Positions 12,056 to 27,269 of a stretch of DNA of 64,000 nucleotides are shown here, piece by piece. Both the position numbers and the translations under genes were made by a program. A model generated the notes under the pieces. The model saw only the letters and a program-made list of their open reading frames with translations, searched no databases and was not told the origin of the DNA. Positions within the stretch are counted from its first letter, which is position 1; each line of letters begins with the position of its first letter. The stretch comes from Octopus sinensis (taxonomy: Eukaryota). Where the stretch lies: NCBI RefSeq assembly GCF_006345805.1, contig NC_042999.1:73284001-73348000 (forward strand), in the 5' to 3' direction.

Positions 12056-12340
12056 GAGTAAGAGAGTAGTGCATGCCATCAAAGTGACACTGGGGTACAA
12101 ATATACGAAGTCCTGCATACTCATCATGACTGCCTGTCTGATAAGGGCACACCAGGCACATGCATCACAACCTTATGTACACGACATGGTAATCTCACAT
12201 CAAGATAGACAGCACAGATAAACAGACCTAGCAGGTGAGGCTCAGTTAAAATTTTCTTCGGGTTTAGTAGCTCATCCTGCTCAAAAGGTTCCTGAATAAG
12301 GGTTGTTTAAGGATGTTGAACGAAATACCCATGTTTTAAG
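12056..12340 (-). mobile_element. SINE-like family E ending in (TAA)n
   Basis: 3' tail CTTCGTATATTT.TACCCCAGTGTCACTTTGATGGCATG.ACT.CTCTCT.ACTC(AAT)n shared with 53335-53495. Confidence 0.7.
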
Positions 12341-12344
12341 TGGT

Positions 12345-14357
12345 AAAATATTCAAACTTCAAAGAATTCCTCTTGACACATGGTTATCTTCACTTTCATC
12401 ATTTTCCATAGCCGGCCTATTTCGTACTTAAGAGGTTTATATTTATCTATCTTTTCACCTCCCTTCTTGACTATTCGTGGGCCAAAGGGGCATGCAACAT
12501 CAGCTATATAGCATATGTGGTGCATCTTGTCCATCACCACTTGGTCTGGTCTATTATTCTCTAGCACCTGATCTGTTTGGACTGAGAAATCCAAGAGAAT
12601 TTTGCTAGTCTCCGACTCCGCCACTCTCTGCGGTTTGTGTTCAAACTAAATCTTGCCTCTCTCTAGCCCCCGCTTTTCACAGTTTCCAATGTAGCACTTT
12701 CGCTACCTGATCCTGTCGGAATAAATTGTTGTGATTTTGGGCAAGTCTAGGGCATTCGTTCATGATATGGGTAATGGTTTCATCCACTCTATTGCAGATG
12801 ATGCACAGCGGAGACACTTGCGCATTCCTAAGGTTTACCCTCCAGTTCGTGGCCAAAGCTTGTCTTGTGCTACCAGTACAATGCTCTCGGGTTTTTTTAG
12901 TGTCCCTTTCATCAGCCAAGCCCACCTATTTTTACCAGCAACTTCTGTTGTGGCTACATGGAATTGATTGTGTAGTCCCTTCTTGCGTAATTCTTCTTCA
13001 AGTCCTTTTTGTACTTCTTCCTTTGTTTTTCCTTTTTCCGCTGCTTTCAATACTCCCTCGTTTACAACTGTCACTAGTAAAGTTACCTTATTTTGGGCTA
13101 GGTATCTCATTAAGCTCCCGAGTTCGATACGCACGCAGTCTTCCACATTTATCAGACCTTTTCCTCCATTTGCTCTCTTCATGTATAGGCGATCAGTGTC
13201 TGCACGTGGATGATGGGCTCCATGCATCGTTAGGAAATGTCGACTTTATGTCAATTTCCTTTAGCTCCTCCTCTGTCGACTTCAGGATTCCAGCGACATA
13301 CTGAACTACTGCGACTTTGCGTGAGATTATTGCCGAAATTGTTTCTGATATTCAGCTTTCAAGCCAATATTTTTCCTACTCACCGCAGGTACTCTTTTCT
13401 TTTTGGCTTTTCCTTCATGCCGTTGTGTTTGATTCCATCTGCCTCAAGTATTCCCAGGTATTTATAGCTGGTATTTATTGAGGTTGAATTACCTTCATCT
13501 TTTCACCACTTGGTAGCCATATGCCTTCTGTTCTGACAAGCTTTCCTCGTATCATCACCATCATAGCACATTTTGAGAGTCCAGACTCCATCTTAATATC
13601 ATTAGAGAAAATCTGCACAAATTGGACTAAGCTGTCCAGTTCTGCCTCACTTTTTGTGAACAGCTTCAGGTCGTCCATGAATAGCAAGTGGTTCGGTTTT
13701 TCCATACCTCTTCCTAGATCATACCCCAACTTTGTTTTCTGTAGTATTTCACTCAAGGGAATCATTCCCAGTACGAAGATCCGTGGAGACACACTGTCCC
13801 CTCGAAACTTTTCACCTCTCCTAATACTTGATTTCCTGTCAATTCTGTTCTCCAGCATTTCATGTTATTTCAAATATGGCTTCTCATATTTTCTGCTACT
13901 CCTTACATTTCCATTGTTCTTATCATCCAGGAGTGTGATATCATATCGTATGCTTTTCGATAGTCAACCCATGCCATGCGCAGGATTGTCTATCTTCTCT
14001 TGCAGTTCATGATAATTAGATTATCAGTTAAAAGCTGATCCATCGTTCCCCGGCTCCTCTCTCTGTTCAATAGGTAGTAACTTACTGTTTTTCAAGTATC
14101 TATATAGTTTACCGCCCAAAGCACCTGACATTAATTTCCACATTAGCGGAAGGCACCTTACTGGTAGAAAGTTGGATGCAAAATTTCCCTTTTCAGGATC
14201 TTTGGTACATAACGATGTTTTTCCCTTTGTCATTCAGTTGGGTATTGCACTTTCCTCCAAGCACTCATCTAGCTGTTGCCCTATCATTTCATGGAGCCCT
14301 TCCAATCAGTTAAGATCTGAAGCCACGAGGGCCACTGCCTGTTACTGCATCAGGGCT
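12345..14357 (-). mobile_element. Degraded 5'-truncated Dong/R4-like LINE
   Basis: Collinear fragments PVRCLPLMWKL, GDSVSP, FMDDLKLF, HHPRADTDRLY, CIICNRVDETITHIMNEC, NNRPDQVV..D..EKIDKY; 5' end abuts the (TTA/TCA)n tract 14358-14440. Confidence 0.9.
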
Positions 14358-14381
14358 TTTATTATAATTATAATTATAGTT

Positions 14382-14418
<37 letters not shown>

Positions 14419-14441
14419 CCATCATTATTATTATTATTACA

Positions 14442-14665
14442 TAGGCGGTGAGCTGGTAGAATCGTTAGCATGAGGGGCAAAAAAAAATACTTAGCATCAC
14501 TTCGCCCGTCTTTACATTCTGGGTTCAAATTCCGTCGAGGTCGAATTTGCCTTTCATCCTCTCGGGGTCGATAAAATACGTACCAGTTGAACACTGGGGT
14601 TGATGTAATCGATTTACACCACGCGTCCCGAATTCGTTGACCTTGTACCAAAGTTTGAAACCATT
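14442..14665 (+). mobile_element. SINE A
   Basis: AGGCGGTGAGCTGGTAGAATCGTTAGC...GGGTTCAAATTCC...CTGGGGTTGAT. Confidence 0.85.
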
Positions 14666-16879
14666 ATCATTATTGTTACTCAATCCACTATTTTTCTACA
14701 ATTCGAGAATATTTTTATGAATTTAATATACCTTGAAATTCTCTGACATTTTGACTTTTATCTTTGGTAAATACAGAAAAGCTTCCTTTGTTTGGTTGAT
14801 TTGTTTGTTTTGTTCTTTGTATCTTTTTCTTTCAAATTCTAGTTTCCTAAATATTCCCATATGCCAACTTTATATTCCTCTAAACTTCATCGAATAACTC
14901 GAAATATTATTTCGCCGTAAATATCCTTTTTAATTTTGGTGAACGCGAATATGCTACCCGAAGGAGTTAAAAATGAAAATGAATGATATAATCTCTTAGA
15001 ATCTTTGTTCGTTTCAATTTATAATTCTTCTGATATATTTCATTGGAAAATAATTGCAAAAAAATACAAAATATGTGTTTTTAAAAAAACAGGTGATTTA
15101 GTATTGAAGGGAAAAAAAACAAACATTATTTTGATTAACAATTCGTTAGCGTATTCCACTTGAGTTCTGTATATAGCAATCCAAATATTATTAATAAATA
15201 AAATATACCCTCGGCTCTTTCGAAATGGCAGTTCCTGTAATGTGTAAATCTAAAATGTCAATAAACCGTGAAGTAAATTAAACCGTTTCTCGAATTACTT
15301 CAGCCATATAATAACGATTTCCTTTCATTATATTCATTATTTTCGGTTGAAATAAATTCATTATATATATATCTTCTACTATATCTAATTAGTTGAAGAT
15401 ATAGAGTTAGCGCCTAATACATATGTAGGCTCATACAAGCTGATGAGATGAAATATGAGTGATCATTCAGTAGGCGGTTAAAATAAAACCGCCTATTGTC
15501 ATCTCTTAGAAATAATAATTAAACTGTTTTGGATGGATGTGTGTCCCACTTTTTTCTTTACAATCAATTTATATTTTTTCGCCATTTTTACTCGCGTCGG
15601 AAACATCTGTATTATGGACATTAGTATAAGTAACACTCTGTGAGTGACGACTTAATTGCGAATGCGTTGAGATATTTGTAAAGTATTGTAGTAAGGTGCT
15701 GATGAGACGAAAGGAAAAGTTAACTGGAGTGAGAACATGATTTTTAGTTCAAAGGAGCTGTTGTAGTATCGGTAGAAAATGCAGAAGAAAGAAACAATGT
15801 GACTGTGGGGAATGTTGCTCACTGAATCTTTGGCTGTTGATCAGTTGAACGGTGATATTATGGATCTGGTCGAGGATAGGTGAATTGTAATCTATATCTT
15901 ATTTGACTTTTAAAGAGGCCTAGAATTATTGAGAACTCTAATATTTTCTCACTGTGATATAATTTTGTGATATAATTTTGACAGTGTTATATATCGCGGT
16001 CATCATGAGAGATTGTCAGAAACTGTGAGGCATTGCGAGTATTTTTTGTGATATTAGAGATGTTAATTGTTATTTGTAAATAGAGTGGGTATTTGCTTTT
16101 TTGATATGTATAGATAAGCTGTATTTGTATCCTTGTGATATTAAAGAAGACTAGTTTGTCATATTTTTAATAGAAAAAGTTATTGAAATCAGGAGGCAAC
16201 GTAAATTGTATGTGTTTAGACTGCATATAATGACGCCTGTGTGGCGAAGATTCAAGAAGGGTGGCATGTTATCCGTATAATTGGATGTCGTAAGAAATAA
16301 ATGCAAATATGCCATCAATAAATAGAATGATAGATATAAAATCAAGCATTGAGGCGCTCCAGAGAACATAAAATGTTATTCAGATAAACCATGTCAGCGT
16401 ACACGCTATTGAAGAACCTTATACATGGACTTTCGAGCCAAATTATGAAAGCCAAATAGAGTCAAACGTTGGACAGATTAACTAAGAGACAAAACATACC
16501 AGACATAAACGAAGTTTTTGTTGATGTCAAAAACAATAGAATTACTTTCAGTGAATTTATTAAAGGCAAGAGACTACTAATGTTTAAAGTAACTTTCCGG
16601 TAGAGATGACCCAACACCAACTATATTCATGCTCAATTAGCGGGAGGAAACTCAAAGCAATAACGAAGGTTGTTGGCGAAGACTGTGTCCTATTAAATTC
16701 TCAGGGAAATTATCTTTGGAATAATAAGATTCACAAAAAACTCAACAGAATATATCTTAAATCCTAATGATCGAAGTGTAACTCAATAACGCACTTTAAG
16801 GACTTGCTGAATAATCATTAAAAAAATTCCTTTCGTTTGTTGGTATTAACATGTGTGTATATATATATATATATATATA

Positions 16880-17084
16880 CAGGGTAACCCAAAAGTAGGT
16901 TTACAGTTATTCAACTTTCTCTTTCGCATTCATATATTAACAGTTTAAATCTTAATTATATGAAAATATGAAACCGTTATTCTATGCTAATTTAGTTAAT
17001 TATTAGAAATTTAAATGTAATAAACTGTTTTAAAAGAAATATAAAGTGCCAACGTGATAACTGTAAACCTACTTTTGGGCCATC

Positions 17085-17088
<4 letters not shown>
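16880..17088. mobile_element. Tc1/mariner-type MITE (~210 bp)
   Basis: Perfect 23-bp inverted repeat CCCAAAAGTAGGTTTACAGTTAT (16888-16910 / 17057-17079) inside TA tracts. Confidence 0.85.
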
Positions 17089-17163
<75 letters not shown>

Positions 17164-17311
17164 CAAGAGGGTGGGAGAGAGAGATGCACATAAACACAGG
17201 TATACAATGGTGTGTGGGTAAATAATGTGTATGTAAGTGATAGTTTACAGATAACCAACTCATACGCACTCATACATATATATACACACACATACACACA
17301 CACACACACAC

Positions 17312-17345
<34 letters not shown>

Positions 17346-17348
17346 CAG

Positions 17349-17434
<86 letters not shown>

Positions 17435-18280
17435 TATTATAAATAATAATGTTTACAGTAAGTTACTTTGATATAAGTTTCAAGCTTCAAGTGGCCGTTT
17501 TCAAACTGAAAAATATATTTTACTGGTTGCTTAAATAGCAAAAGATTTATGTATATAAATGTATATAAGCATATATACATATGCAGATAGATAGACACAT
17601 ACATCCGTTAGTTTATACCGTGTGAGAGGAGTGATCAATACACAATGTAGAGGATATGGTTTGTTTATTGAAACTGAAATTGACAGTTTGTACTTCAGAA
17701 GATCGTAGTGGTGTGAAATTCAAGTCACATGACAAACCCTTTGTTTCAGTTTGTATGTATGTACGCATGTGTGTGTGTGGTGTATAAGTGTAAGCTTCAT
17801 ATCTGCATAACGACAATTAGATCTGTTAAACTATAACTATCTACAAAACATTATATTCTTATAATTATAATTATATCAAACTCTTAAAACATAAGGAACC
17901 AAAACAGCATATAAAACTTACACTATTCTATTATATAAACCTAAGATAACAATAACAGCAGAGACGTTAAAGAAATTATCAACACGACCGAGGAACTCCG
18001 CTCCTCAGCTGCCTATAGGAGATCAAAGTTGAGATTATTACTTCCGATTGTGTCAAACACCCTTAGAAAATATAGTCTAGTGCTGTTTGGGAGTGTACAA
18101 AGATTTATTTTATATCAAAAGGCAATCATTACTTCCAGTTTAACGTGTAGATTGTGTTAGAACACAGACTAATGCATTACTTACCTTGAGAGGACCTCTC
18201 TTATAGACTCCTGGCGCATAAAGGCACTCATATCTATATCGTTGACAGACGAGAGTCATCTGGTACAACTGCTGGAACTG

Positions 18281-18318
18281 CTAGATCACGTGATTTCGCC
18301 CTGTTTGGGTTCCTCAAT
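18281..18318 (-). ncRNA. Degenerate hammerhead-like motif
   Basis: TTGAGGA-ACCC-AAACA-GGGC-GAAA-TCACGTGA-TC; palindrome ATCACGTGAT; helix I does not pair well. Confidence 0.45.
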
Positions 18319-18329
18319 GTATGTTCGCG

Positions 18330-19560
18330 TGGATACGATTAAAAATTTTACAAAAACAAAATGTTGTTTGTTCTACCATTTTTCCATTCAGATCGATAAA
18401 ACAAGTTTTCCCGTGGTTAGTAAGTATATAATAGTCGGTCACGTAGGATTTAGATCCAAAATTTAATGTATGTCCCCCGTGTATTGAGTCCTAAAGAATT
18501 TGAGTCGTGAACAAATGTCCGTTTATTAGGAACAAGAAGTGTGTAACTATAGTTGGGATTACTTTCTTAGTATATACTGAATTGAACCATGTGATTTTCT
18601 TATTCCAGTGTTCACGAAACCGATTAGAGATGAACACTTATGATTTATATTGAAACCACATCTCTTCGTTAGAATGTTGCAGTGTGGGATGTCTTTGTCG
18701 AATATCTTATCTGAAGATAGACGGGACATAACGCTGACATTTCCGTCGATGTGTTTAATAATTGTAAGAAATTTTTATATAGCTTGTTTGCTCGTACGAA
18801 TTATGGAATGATTAATGTTTGCCAGTATGTGAATTCAATTTAATACCAAAACAGTTCACTATTTTTAAATAGTATAGTTACTGTGAAATTAAACTAGATA
18901 AATATGTGAAATTTTTTACTATGCTGTATCCATTCCTGCTATCTGCTACACGAAGTTCGCCGTCTCTGCATAATCCTATATCCGTTTCTGCTATACTTTT
19001 GATGTTGGATATAAAGACTCACGTGATCCGATATCTCCGCAATGACAATCCTCACAAGAGATAACATCGAAGAGTTCATTAACCTTGCTTCTTGATCCAC
19101 TAGGAAACATTGTAAAAATAAAAAGCTTTCCTGGTATCCACTAATACCGGTCACTATTATAGGGATAGATATTTTGCTGAATGTTAAGGCTTGCAAAAGA
19201 TTTCAAAAATCGACCGATAAATTCCACTCTACTGAACTGGATGAATGTGCAATTTGGGTAAATTACTTGAGTTATAACTGCATTGCTATAAATTTGGTAT
19301 GAATCTGAAGCTTCTAAAGAATTTATCAGTCTACATTGAGGATTGTTAGTAAAGTTTTCTTTGTGATCTTAAAGTTTCTGTTTGTTAATTCATGTGTTCT
19401 GTTTGGTCATCTAATTTCAACTGCACAGCTTCGCCTTATCGTTTATTATATGGTCTTATACTAGTTGCAATTATATCTAATAATAATCTATTACGCGTAT
19501 TTCTCTCTAGCTCTTGTACATTGTTGCTATTTTCACTAATCGGTTGCTGAAATTTTGAAG
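18330..19560 (-). mobile_element. Degraded PLE reverse transcriptase, Naiad-like
   Basis: KDHKENFTNNPQCRLIN, CTFIQF..VEF, FDV, IGLCRDG (YRDDG), SRLSSDKIF..CGF, KKITWFNS (WFNPP) in collinear order. Confidence 0.7.
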
Positions 19561-19970
19561 GGTTGCAGAAACTCATGCCACTCGTTTTGAAAGCTGTGAG
19601 CATGGGTTCTTTTATAAGTTTAATATGTCCATCTCTGAATCTTTCAATGTCTTTGATTTAAGAAAATTTTCTATTTGACTTAAAACAGTCTATTTGATAG
19701 CATAGCTACATATGGTAAGTTTAGTTTTAACTTAAACGATAGAGTGTGAAGGTGTTATACAGGACTGACTCATGAATCATAAGGAAAGAAAAACGTGTCC
19801 ATGCTGAAGAAAAAAGATGAAAAGAAGCACGATCAATATGCAGAAAGGCCAAGTGAGAGTTAGTAACGGAATAGGAAAAGGATATGAATATTGGACAAAC
19901 GCAAATAAGGTGAGTGAATAAATAAATTGGTAGATCGATAGACAAGCAAAGAGGTAGCAGACAGAAAAAC

Positions 19971-20073
<103 letters not shown>

Positions 20074-20122
20074 ATTAAAGAGATACAAGAATAATTCTGA
20101 AATTAATTTACTGTCACTATCA

Positions 20123-20345
20123 AAGGCGGCGAGCTGGCAGAATTGTCAGCAAGCCGGACGAAATGCTGGTAAACATTTCGTCTATCTTTACGTTTTGAGT
20201 TCAAATTCTACCGAGGTTGACTTTGCCTTTCCTCCTTTCAGGATCGATAAAATAAGTTCCAGACGAGCACTGGGGTCGATGTAATCGACTAGTTCGCTTC
20301 TCCCGCCAATTTGAGGTTTTGTGCTTGTAATAGAAAGAAAGAATC
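20123..20345 (+). mobile_element. SINE A
   Basis: AAGGCGGCGAGCTGGCAGAATTG...GAGTTCAAATTC...CTGGGGTCGATGTAATCGACT. Confidence 0.85.
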
Positions 20346-21268
20346 ATCATTATCAACATCTAATGAAACTGAGCCAGTGAATCTATAAATAAATAAAGAG
20401 CGAGTTGATATAACAAAATTACAGTGATAAAATTTTAGTGATAAATTATATGAAAGGTGTGACTGATTTTCGACTACTGGTCTTTATAGTTCATTGAAAT
20501 AAATCGGGGTAAAGATGTTGAAAGATCGGTCACAGAAACAGCAGTTATTGTTGTCACTACTACTGCCATCATCGTCGTCATAATCAGTATTCTCGAGAGA
20601 AAATTATTGAAGCATTAAAACATGAACATACATAATTGAACAAATAAATAAATTATAAATTGATGGAATAAGAGTTACAAATTGGCGATATTTATATTTT
20701 CATCAATATCATGATGGACTTAGTGAAAATTAATAGGTAAACGGATAAATACTGTAAATGACTAAATAAATACATAAATAAGTATATATATGAGTATATC
20801 GTTTAGTTGCAGCTATAATTTGCACTTTCATCGTCAAAAACTGTTGTATCTAAGTGAACATTATTGCACCATTAGATTGGAAAGAATTTTATGATAGAGG
20901 AAATACAGAAAAATAACTTGCAAACTTAACCAACAGAGAACTGAAAATGAAACTATCGTTATCAAAATAGCATCATAGAAATGGTTTAGAAATTAGTTTT
21001 AAAGCCAAAATTTTGTCATGACTGAATATAAAAAAATTAATAAAAATTAAAAAATCAAGATAAAGGATTAAAAATAAAAGAAAATTCAATATAAAGCCGG
21101 ATGATAAATTGCAATAAAATTAATAAGTTTTTGTAAGAGCAACATCGTTCAATATTAAACGAGGAAAAAAAAAACAGTGTTCCAAAGATGCAGAGGAAAT
21201 ATTTGGATTAATTCAAACTTTTTTTCGTAAAAAGTTGGTATCAGAACATTTTAGTAATGGGCAGTTCA

Positions 21269-21700
21269 TCTCTATATATATAAACAGCAGTTTGTCTGTC
21301 TGTGTGTCTGTCAGGTTGTACCCTCACCCTGACCACGGCTTTCAACCGATTCTGATGAAACTTGACACACACATAGCCCAATGTCATAATTCAAAACTAA
21401 CGCAGCGAAAATTTTGAAAAGTTTCCCCAGTTCTGAAAAAAATCGATAAATTCGACATGGGGTCGAGAATCTAAGCTTTTTATATGCAACACATTTTCTG
21501 TCTAGGGGACACAACTCGACCTTTTTATCTCCCAAAAGGACAGCTAGGAACATCGTATACACAGAAGTATTCGAGTGAAGAGAAGACATTGCAACCTACA
21601 CATGCGCCTTCGTTCCCTAGAGGGAAAGGACCCGATTGGGATTAGCCGTTGCCTACTAGGGGCTCTTACATACCCGGACAACGCCGGGCTATGCTGCTAG
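21269..21700 (+). mobile_element. Non-autonomous Helitron (~430 bp)
   Basis: A|TC at the 5' end; 3' hairpin CCCGG-ACAACG-CCGGG (21673-21688) followed by CTAG|T (21697-21701). Confidence 0.8.
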
Positions 21701-21830
21701 TATTAATATATGTTTGTGATAGGTCTCGTTGGATTAGCGAAGGTAAGTCGTTAGTTGTTGTAGGAAGGGTCTGTAAGTGTTCTGGTTGCTGTATTTTGAT
21801 TTTCTTTGTGGAGAGGAAGTATTGAATACT

Positions 21831-22450
21831 GTAGTTCTGTCCGTTTTAAAAAGAAACATATAACAACGAGACATATAAGTTCCTGTTTTAAAGCCCTTTA
21901 ATCACCGTAATATGATGACTATATTGTGGTTCTGTCCGTTTTAAAAAAAAAACATATAACAACAATTAGACACCTTAGCTCCTGTTTTTAAAACCGTTTA
22001 ACCATCATACTAATATGATGATCAAACAGAATATTGACATATCTAACAAAAAAACCCTCACCCCACTCCACAAAGGTTCTACTTAAAATGCCATAAACAA
22101 CAATATAGATGACTTTTATTAAATGTCTCTAGCAGAGCAAATTTTTCTTCAGTTACACTAAAACAAAATGGTCAAGCAACAACGGTTATTTCAAATTTTG
22201 ATCTAACAAGTTGCCATCCAGTAATAAATTTTCAACTCATCGAATTCTGAAATTTCAACAATTTCTCGTCATTATTAGACAGAAAACTTCAGAATCACAG
22301 AAAATCTGGCGAATTATTTCTTGAATCAGATAAGACGAAAAGTCTGTATGAGATTGATCAGAACAAATACCGCTCGTCTTTTAATACAATTACAAATAAA
22401 TACAAGAAAAAAAAATAGACTGGAAAACCCTTAATGAAAACACCGTCTAA
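21831..22450 (+). mobile_element. Naiad-like PLE 5' fragment preceded by a ~95-bp tandem duplication
   Basis: SDKTKSLYEIDQNKY...ITNKYKK resembles the recalled ADKT..LY..Y..ITK.YKK motif; duplication units 21831-21925 and 21926-22021. Confidence 0.5.
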
Positions 22451-22596
22451 AACCTGAATGGTGATAAAGGTGAAAACATTAGGTAGTTTTATTAACCTTA
22501 CAACTTAGTGGCAACAATTCAGTACTAAGTATTCCTTCACACTCTTCAAAAACAGTTTCACACACATACATACACACTCACACATACATACACACA

Positions 22597-22645
<49 letters not shown>

Positions 22646-22659
22646 ACACACACACACAC

Positions 22660-22810
22660 GACGGGCTTCTTTCAGTTTCCGTCTACCAAATCCACTCCCA
22701 AGGCTTTGGTCGGCCCGAAGCTATAGTAGAAGATACTTGCCCAAGGTGCCACGCAGTGGAAGTGAACCCGGAAACATGTGGTTGGAAAGCAAGCTACTTT
22801 CCATATAGCC
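22660..22810 (-). mobile_element. tRNA-derived SINE family C head (other pieces at 25770-25890 +, 46290-46410 -, 51050-51200 -, 60205-60430 +)
   Basis: Recurrent TTTCCGTCTACCAAAT.CACTC.CAA...CTATAGTAGAAGATACTTGCCC and box-B-like CCGGGTTCA/GGTTCAGTCC. Confidence 0.75.
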
Positions 22811-22834
22811 ATATATATATATATATATATATAT

Positions 22835-23960
<1,126 letters not shown>

Positions 23961-24254
23961 TATAATAAGTGTGTGTGTGTGTGTGTGTGTATGTGTGGTG
24001 TGTGTGAATACGTATATACAACATACATGTTAAGTCATTTCCACGCGCATGCAGGAATGAAAGTAAATCAGAACAATAAGGCTGAATATAAAACCGCTAT
24101 TATCTGACAAGATGGTGCAATCATCATCATCATCATTATCATCATCATCTATTATGTGTGCGTGTATGTATATATGCATGCATGTATGTATGTATGCATC
24201 TATCTATCTATCTCTGTATCTCCTTCTCTCTCTCGCGCGCGCGCTCTCTCTCTT

Positions 24255-24401
<147 letters not shown>

Positions 24402-25637
24402 TGTATGTATGTATGTATAAATTCTTGATTTATTAAAACTCATCTTCGCTTCTAAAGTATGCGGCATAATTACCATAGGCCAATGAGCTTCGTATGAGAA
24501 TGGTAAATAATCTCAGGAACCAAGAATTCTCTACAATTGACATGCCATTACGCCAAAGAACATATGTGCGAATGTGTGTGTTTATGTGTGTGGGTGGGTG
24601 CATCTATACATACATACACATATGTGTGCATATGTATTTTTGCCTTAAACTATGAATATTTTACTTTGGCCATAAAATGTTCTCTTTTTGCATATGTCCA
24701 ACTCTTATATCTGGAAAGAATCAAGAGAGGCACAACTGTTATGATGATGACACCCACTCAGGAAGAAATATCTATCCATATATGTCCTCTTATTTCCAGA
24801 AAGATAAACGGTTTTTTTTCTTTGGGAACTTGGTAATTATGGATCATTTTTTTATATACTAAATAATTTATTTCCTCTTCTCATTTGGAATTCGTTGCCA
24901 TGGTCACTTAACATACGTTTACCTTTTCTCGAAGTGACGATAATTTCAGTAAACCAAGAATTTGTCTTGAATACTATTTAGTGTGCCTTTAATCATTTTT
25001 GTCGTCCAAATTAAATCCATTTCCACTTTATGTTTTCCCGTCTGTCTGTCTGTCTGTATGTATGTATGTATGTATGTATGTATGTATGTATGTATGAATG
25101 TATGTATGTATGTATGTATGTATGTATGTATGTATGTATGTATGCATGCATGCATATAGCAGCTAGTCTATTCATTAAAAAATATTTGATTACTGATCTA
25201 AAATTTCTCGTGTTAATTAGTATCCGTGTTGTGAATATATATGGTTTATTTTAATTTTAAAATATAGTCTGGTAGTGCCGGTCAAATTAAAAAGCTTTTT
25301 AAAATCGCAAATATGTTTTTCAAATGAATTTTAAGAAAATGTGCTTAAAATATAATTTATATTAATAAAAACTGTCAGAAAATTTTAAACTAATATTTCC
25401 CATTGAAAATAGACACATTTTAATTTAAATAAAATGATATTATCAGGTACAATAATTAAGAATTATAACAATTCTTTTTACATGTGAAATGAGTGATAGT
25501 CATTGATCGTTGCTGTTGGACGAATCAACTTTGAGCCAAATTACAGAATTCAACTGTTCAAATCTCTTAATAACTTGTGCATGTGCGAGCATCGTATACT
25601 CTCTTTTATCTTAATTCGTGCTTTAGTTAATATTACA

Positions 25638-25765
25638 AGCGACGGTCTGGAAAGATCGTTAGCGCGCTGGGCAAAATGCTTAGCGGCATATCGTCCATCT
25701 TTACTTTCTGCGTTCAAATTCCGCCGATGTTGATTTTGCCTTTCATCCTTTCGGGGTCGATATAA
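25638..25765 (+). mobile_element. SINE A, 3'-truncated
   Basis: GATCGTTAGC...GCGTTCAAATTCCGCCGA...CCTTTCGGGGTCGATA. Confidence 0.75.
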
Positions 25766-26252
25766 TGTTTGGAACCACTATTACAGGGTTCCAGATTCAA
25801 TTTCACGGCATGGCACTTTGGGAAAGTGTCTCCCACGGGCCTTTTGAGTGGATTTGGCAGTTGGAAAATGAAAGGAGCGTGTCGTATAACTTCTTTGCTC
25901 TAAGCTACATCACTCGTGGCTGTTGACTTCAACTCAAGAGCATTGTAAGTCATTCATTAGAGTCTTCATGGCTACGGTCTTGAAGCAGCCGCACGATTTC
26001 CCAGCTCACATGCAGGATGTTTTACGAGACACCTCTCGTGTGGAAGGCTGTTGGCTCACAACGGGTTCATCCTCGCTTTAACTGGTCTTCTTTTTAGTCC
26101 TCCAAAGTATCCATGAGGCCCTAATCGTCTAGCAGACCAAATGGGAGAGGGAAGCTAATTTAGTCACTGACCACCCGACCATGAAACGTAGCAAGATTTT
26201 CCTGACCTGACCGTCGTGTGCGTGTATGTGTGTATGTGCGTATGTGTTGTGT

Positions 26253-26306
<54 letters not shown>

Positions 26307-26319
26307 TGTGTGTGTGTGT

Positions 26320-26520
26320 GCTTGTCCCTACCACCGCTTGACAGCCGCTGTTGGTTTGTTTGCAACCCTGTAACTTAGTGATTCAGCAAAAGAGACCGAT
26401 AGAACAAGGACCAGGCTTCATAAATAAGTACTGAGTTCGATTCATTCGACCAAAACCCTACAAGATGGTGCTCCAGTATGGCTGAAGTCCAGTGACTGAC
26501 ACAAGTACAGTATAAAAGAT
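26320..26520 (+). mobile_element. SINE C/D 3' body following a (GT)n tract (also 27690-27860 -, 57960-58180 +)
   Basis: TTGTCCC..CACC.CGCTTGACA.CCG...TAACTTAG...CAAAAGAGACCGATAGAA...GGTGCTCCAG.ATGGC recurs. Confidence 0.75.
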
Positions 26521-27099
26521 AGTACAAATGTGTGTGTTTATGCGCTTATGTATGTGTGTACTTATATGTGCAACGACGGAGATTGGTGATAAGTTCTCCC
26601 CATGCTGAGTCTGCCTTATGAATTCCAGTCACGCTTAAACCATTTCCTCTCACTCGTTCCCGGTACTACCTAAATCCTAACGTAAGCAGTTCCTTATAGG
26701 TGAAATCGGTTCCAACAGAGTGATTGAAGTTGACATGTTTATTTCTTGGGTCGTATAATTGGACTATATTTTCCACCTTACTTCCTGAGATAAAAAATTC
26801 TTTCTTTGGTTTTCGCTACTTTTACATCTAAGATATCATTTAACACTATTTGGCGAGTTTCTGTAATGCTTAGAAGATTTCATAATTTTTTTTATAGTTG
26901 GCTAACAACAGATGTGTCATCCACTAACGTCACTCTATCATGGCCAGGTTATATAATGTACATGTAAAACGTTTAATAATATTTATATAAAGCTATTAAT
27001 TTATTATTTATTCATATTATTACTCAACATGAAAAAACGTGTGACTGGGAACCAGTATCGCAGTGATAATGACGTCATATCTACTGATAATGACATTTT

Positions 27100-27269
27100 T
27101 TTTTACCAACAGGATAAAAGTTTCTTCCCCTATGGAATCCAATCACTGGAACACTCACGGAAGAAGTGTATGAACCACAGGGGAGACAATGTTGAAAACT
27201 AAACCTTATTTAGTCACATTGCATAAGAGTATCTTGGTCAGCCCATGAACTTTTCAGCTGAGCCTCGTA
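27100..27269 (+). mobile_element. Mariner transposase 3' remnant with right TIR
   Basis: DKSFFPYGIQSLEHSRKKCMNHRGDNVEN*, then GAACTTTTCAGCTGAGCCTCG-TA. Confidence 0.65.

Noticed and set aside
15471-15600. 9-bp hairpin TAGGCGGTT/AACCGCCTA and a CGCCATTTT YY1-like motif
   Set aside because: Short motifs expected by chance; no downstream exon supports a promoter.
15439-15720. CTGATGA-GAT-GAAA (15440) and CTGATGA-GAC-GAAA (15698)
   Set aside because: Only 3 nt separate the core segments, so helix II cannot form, and there is no helix I pairing.
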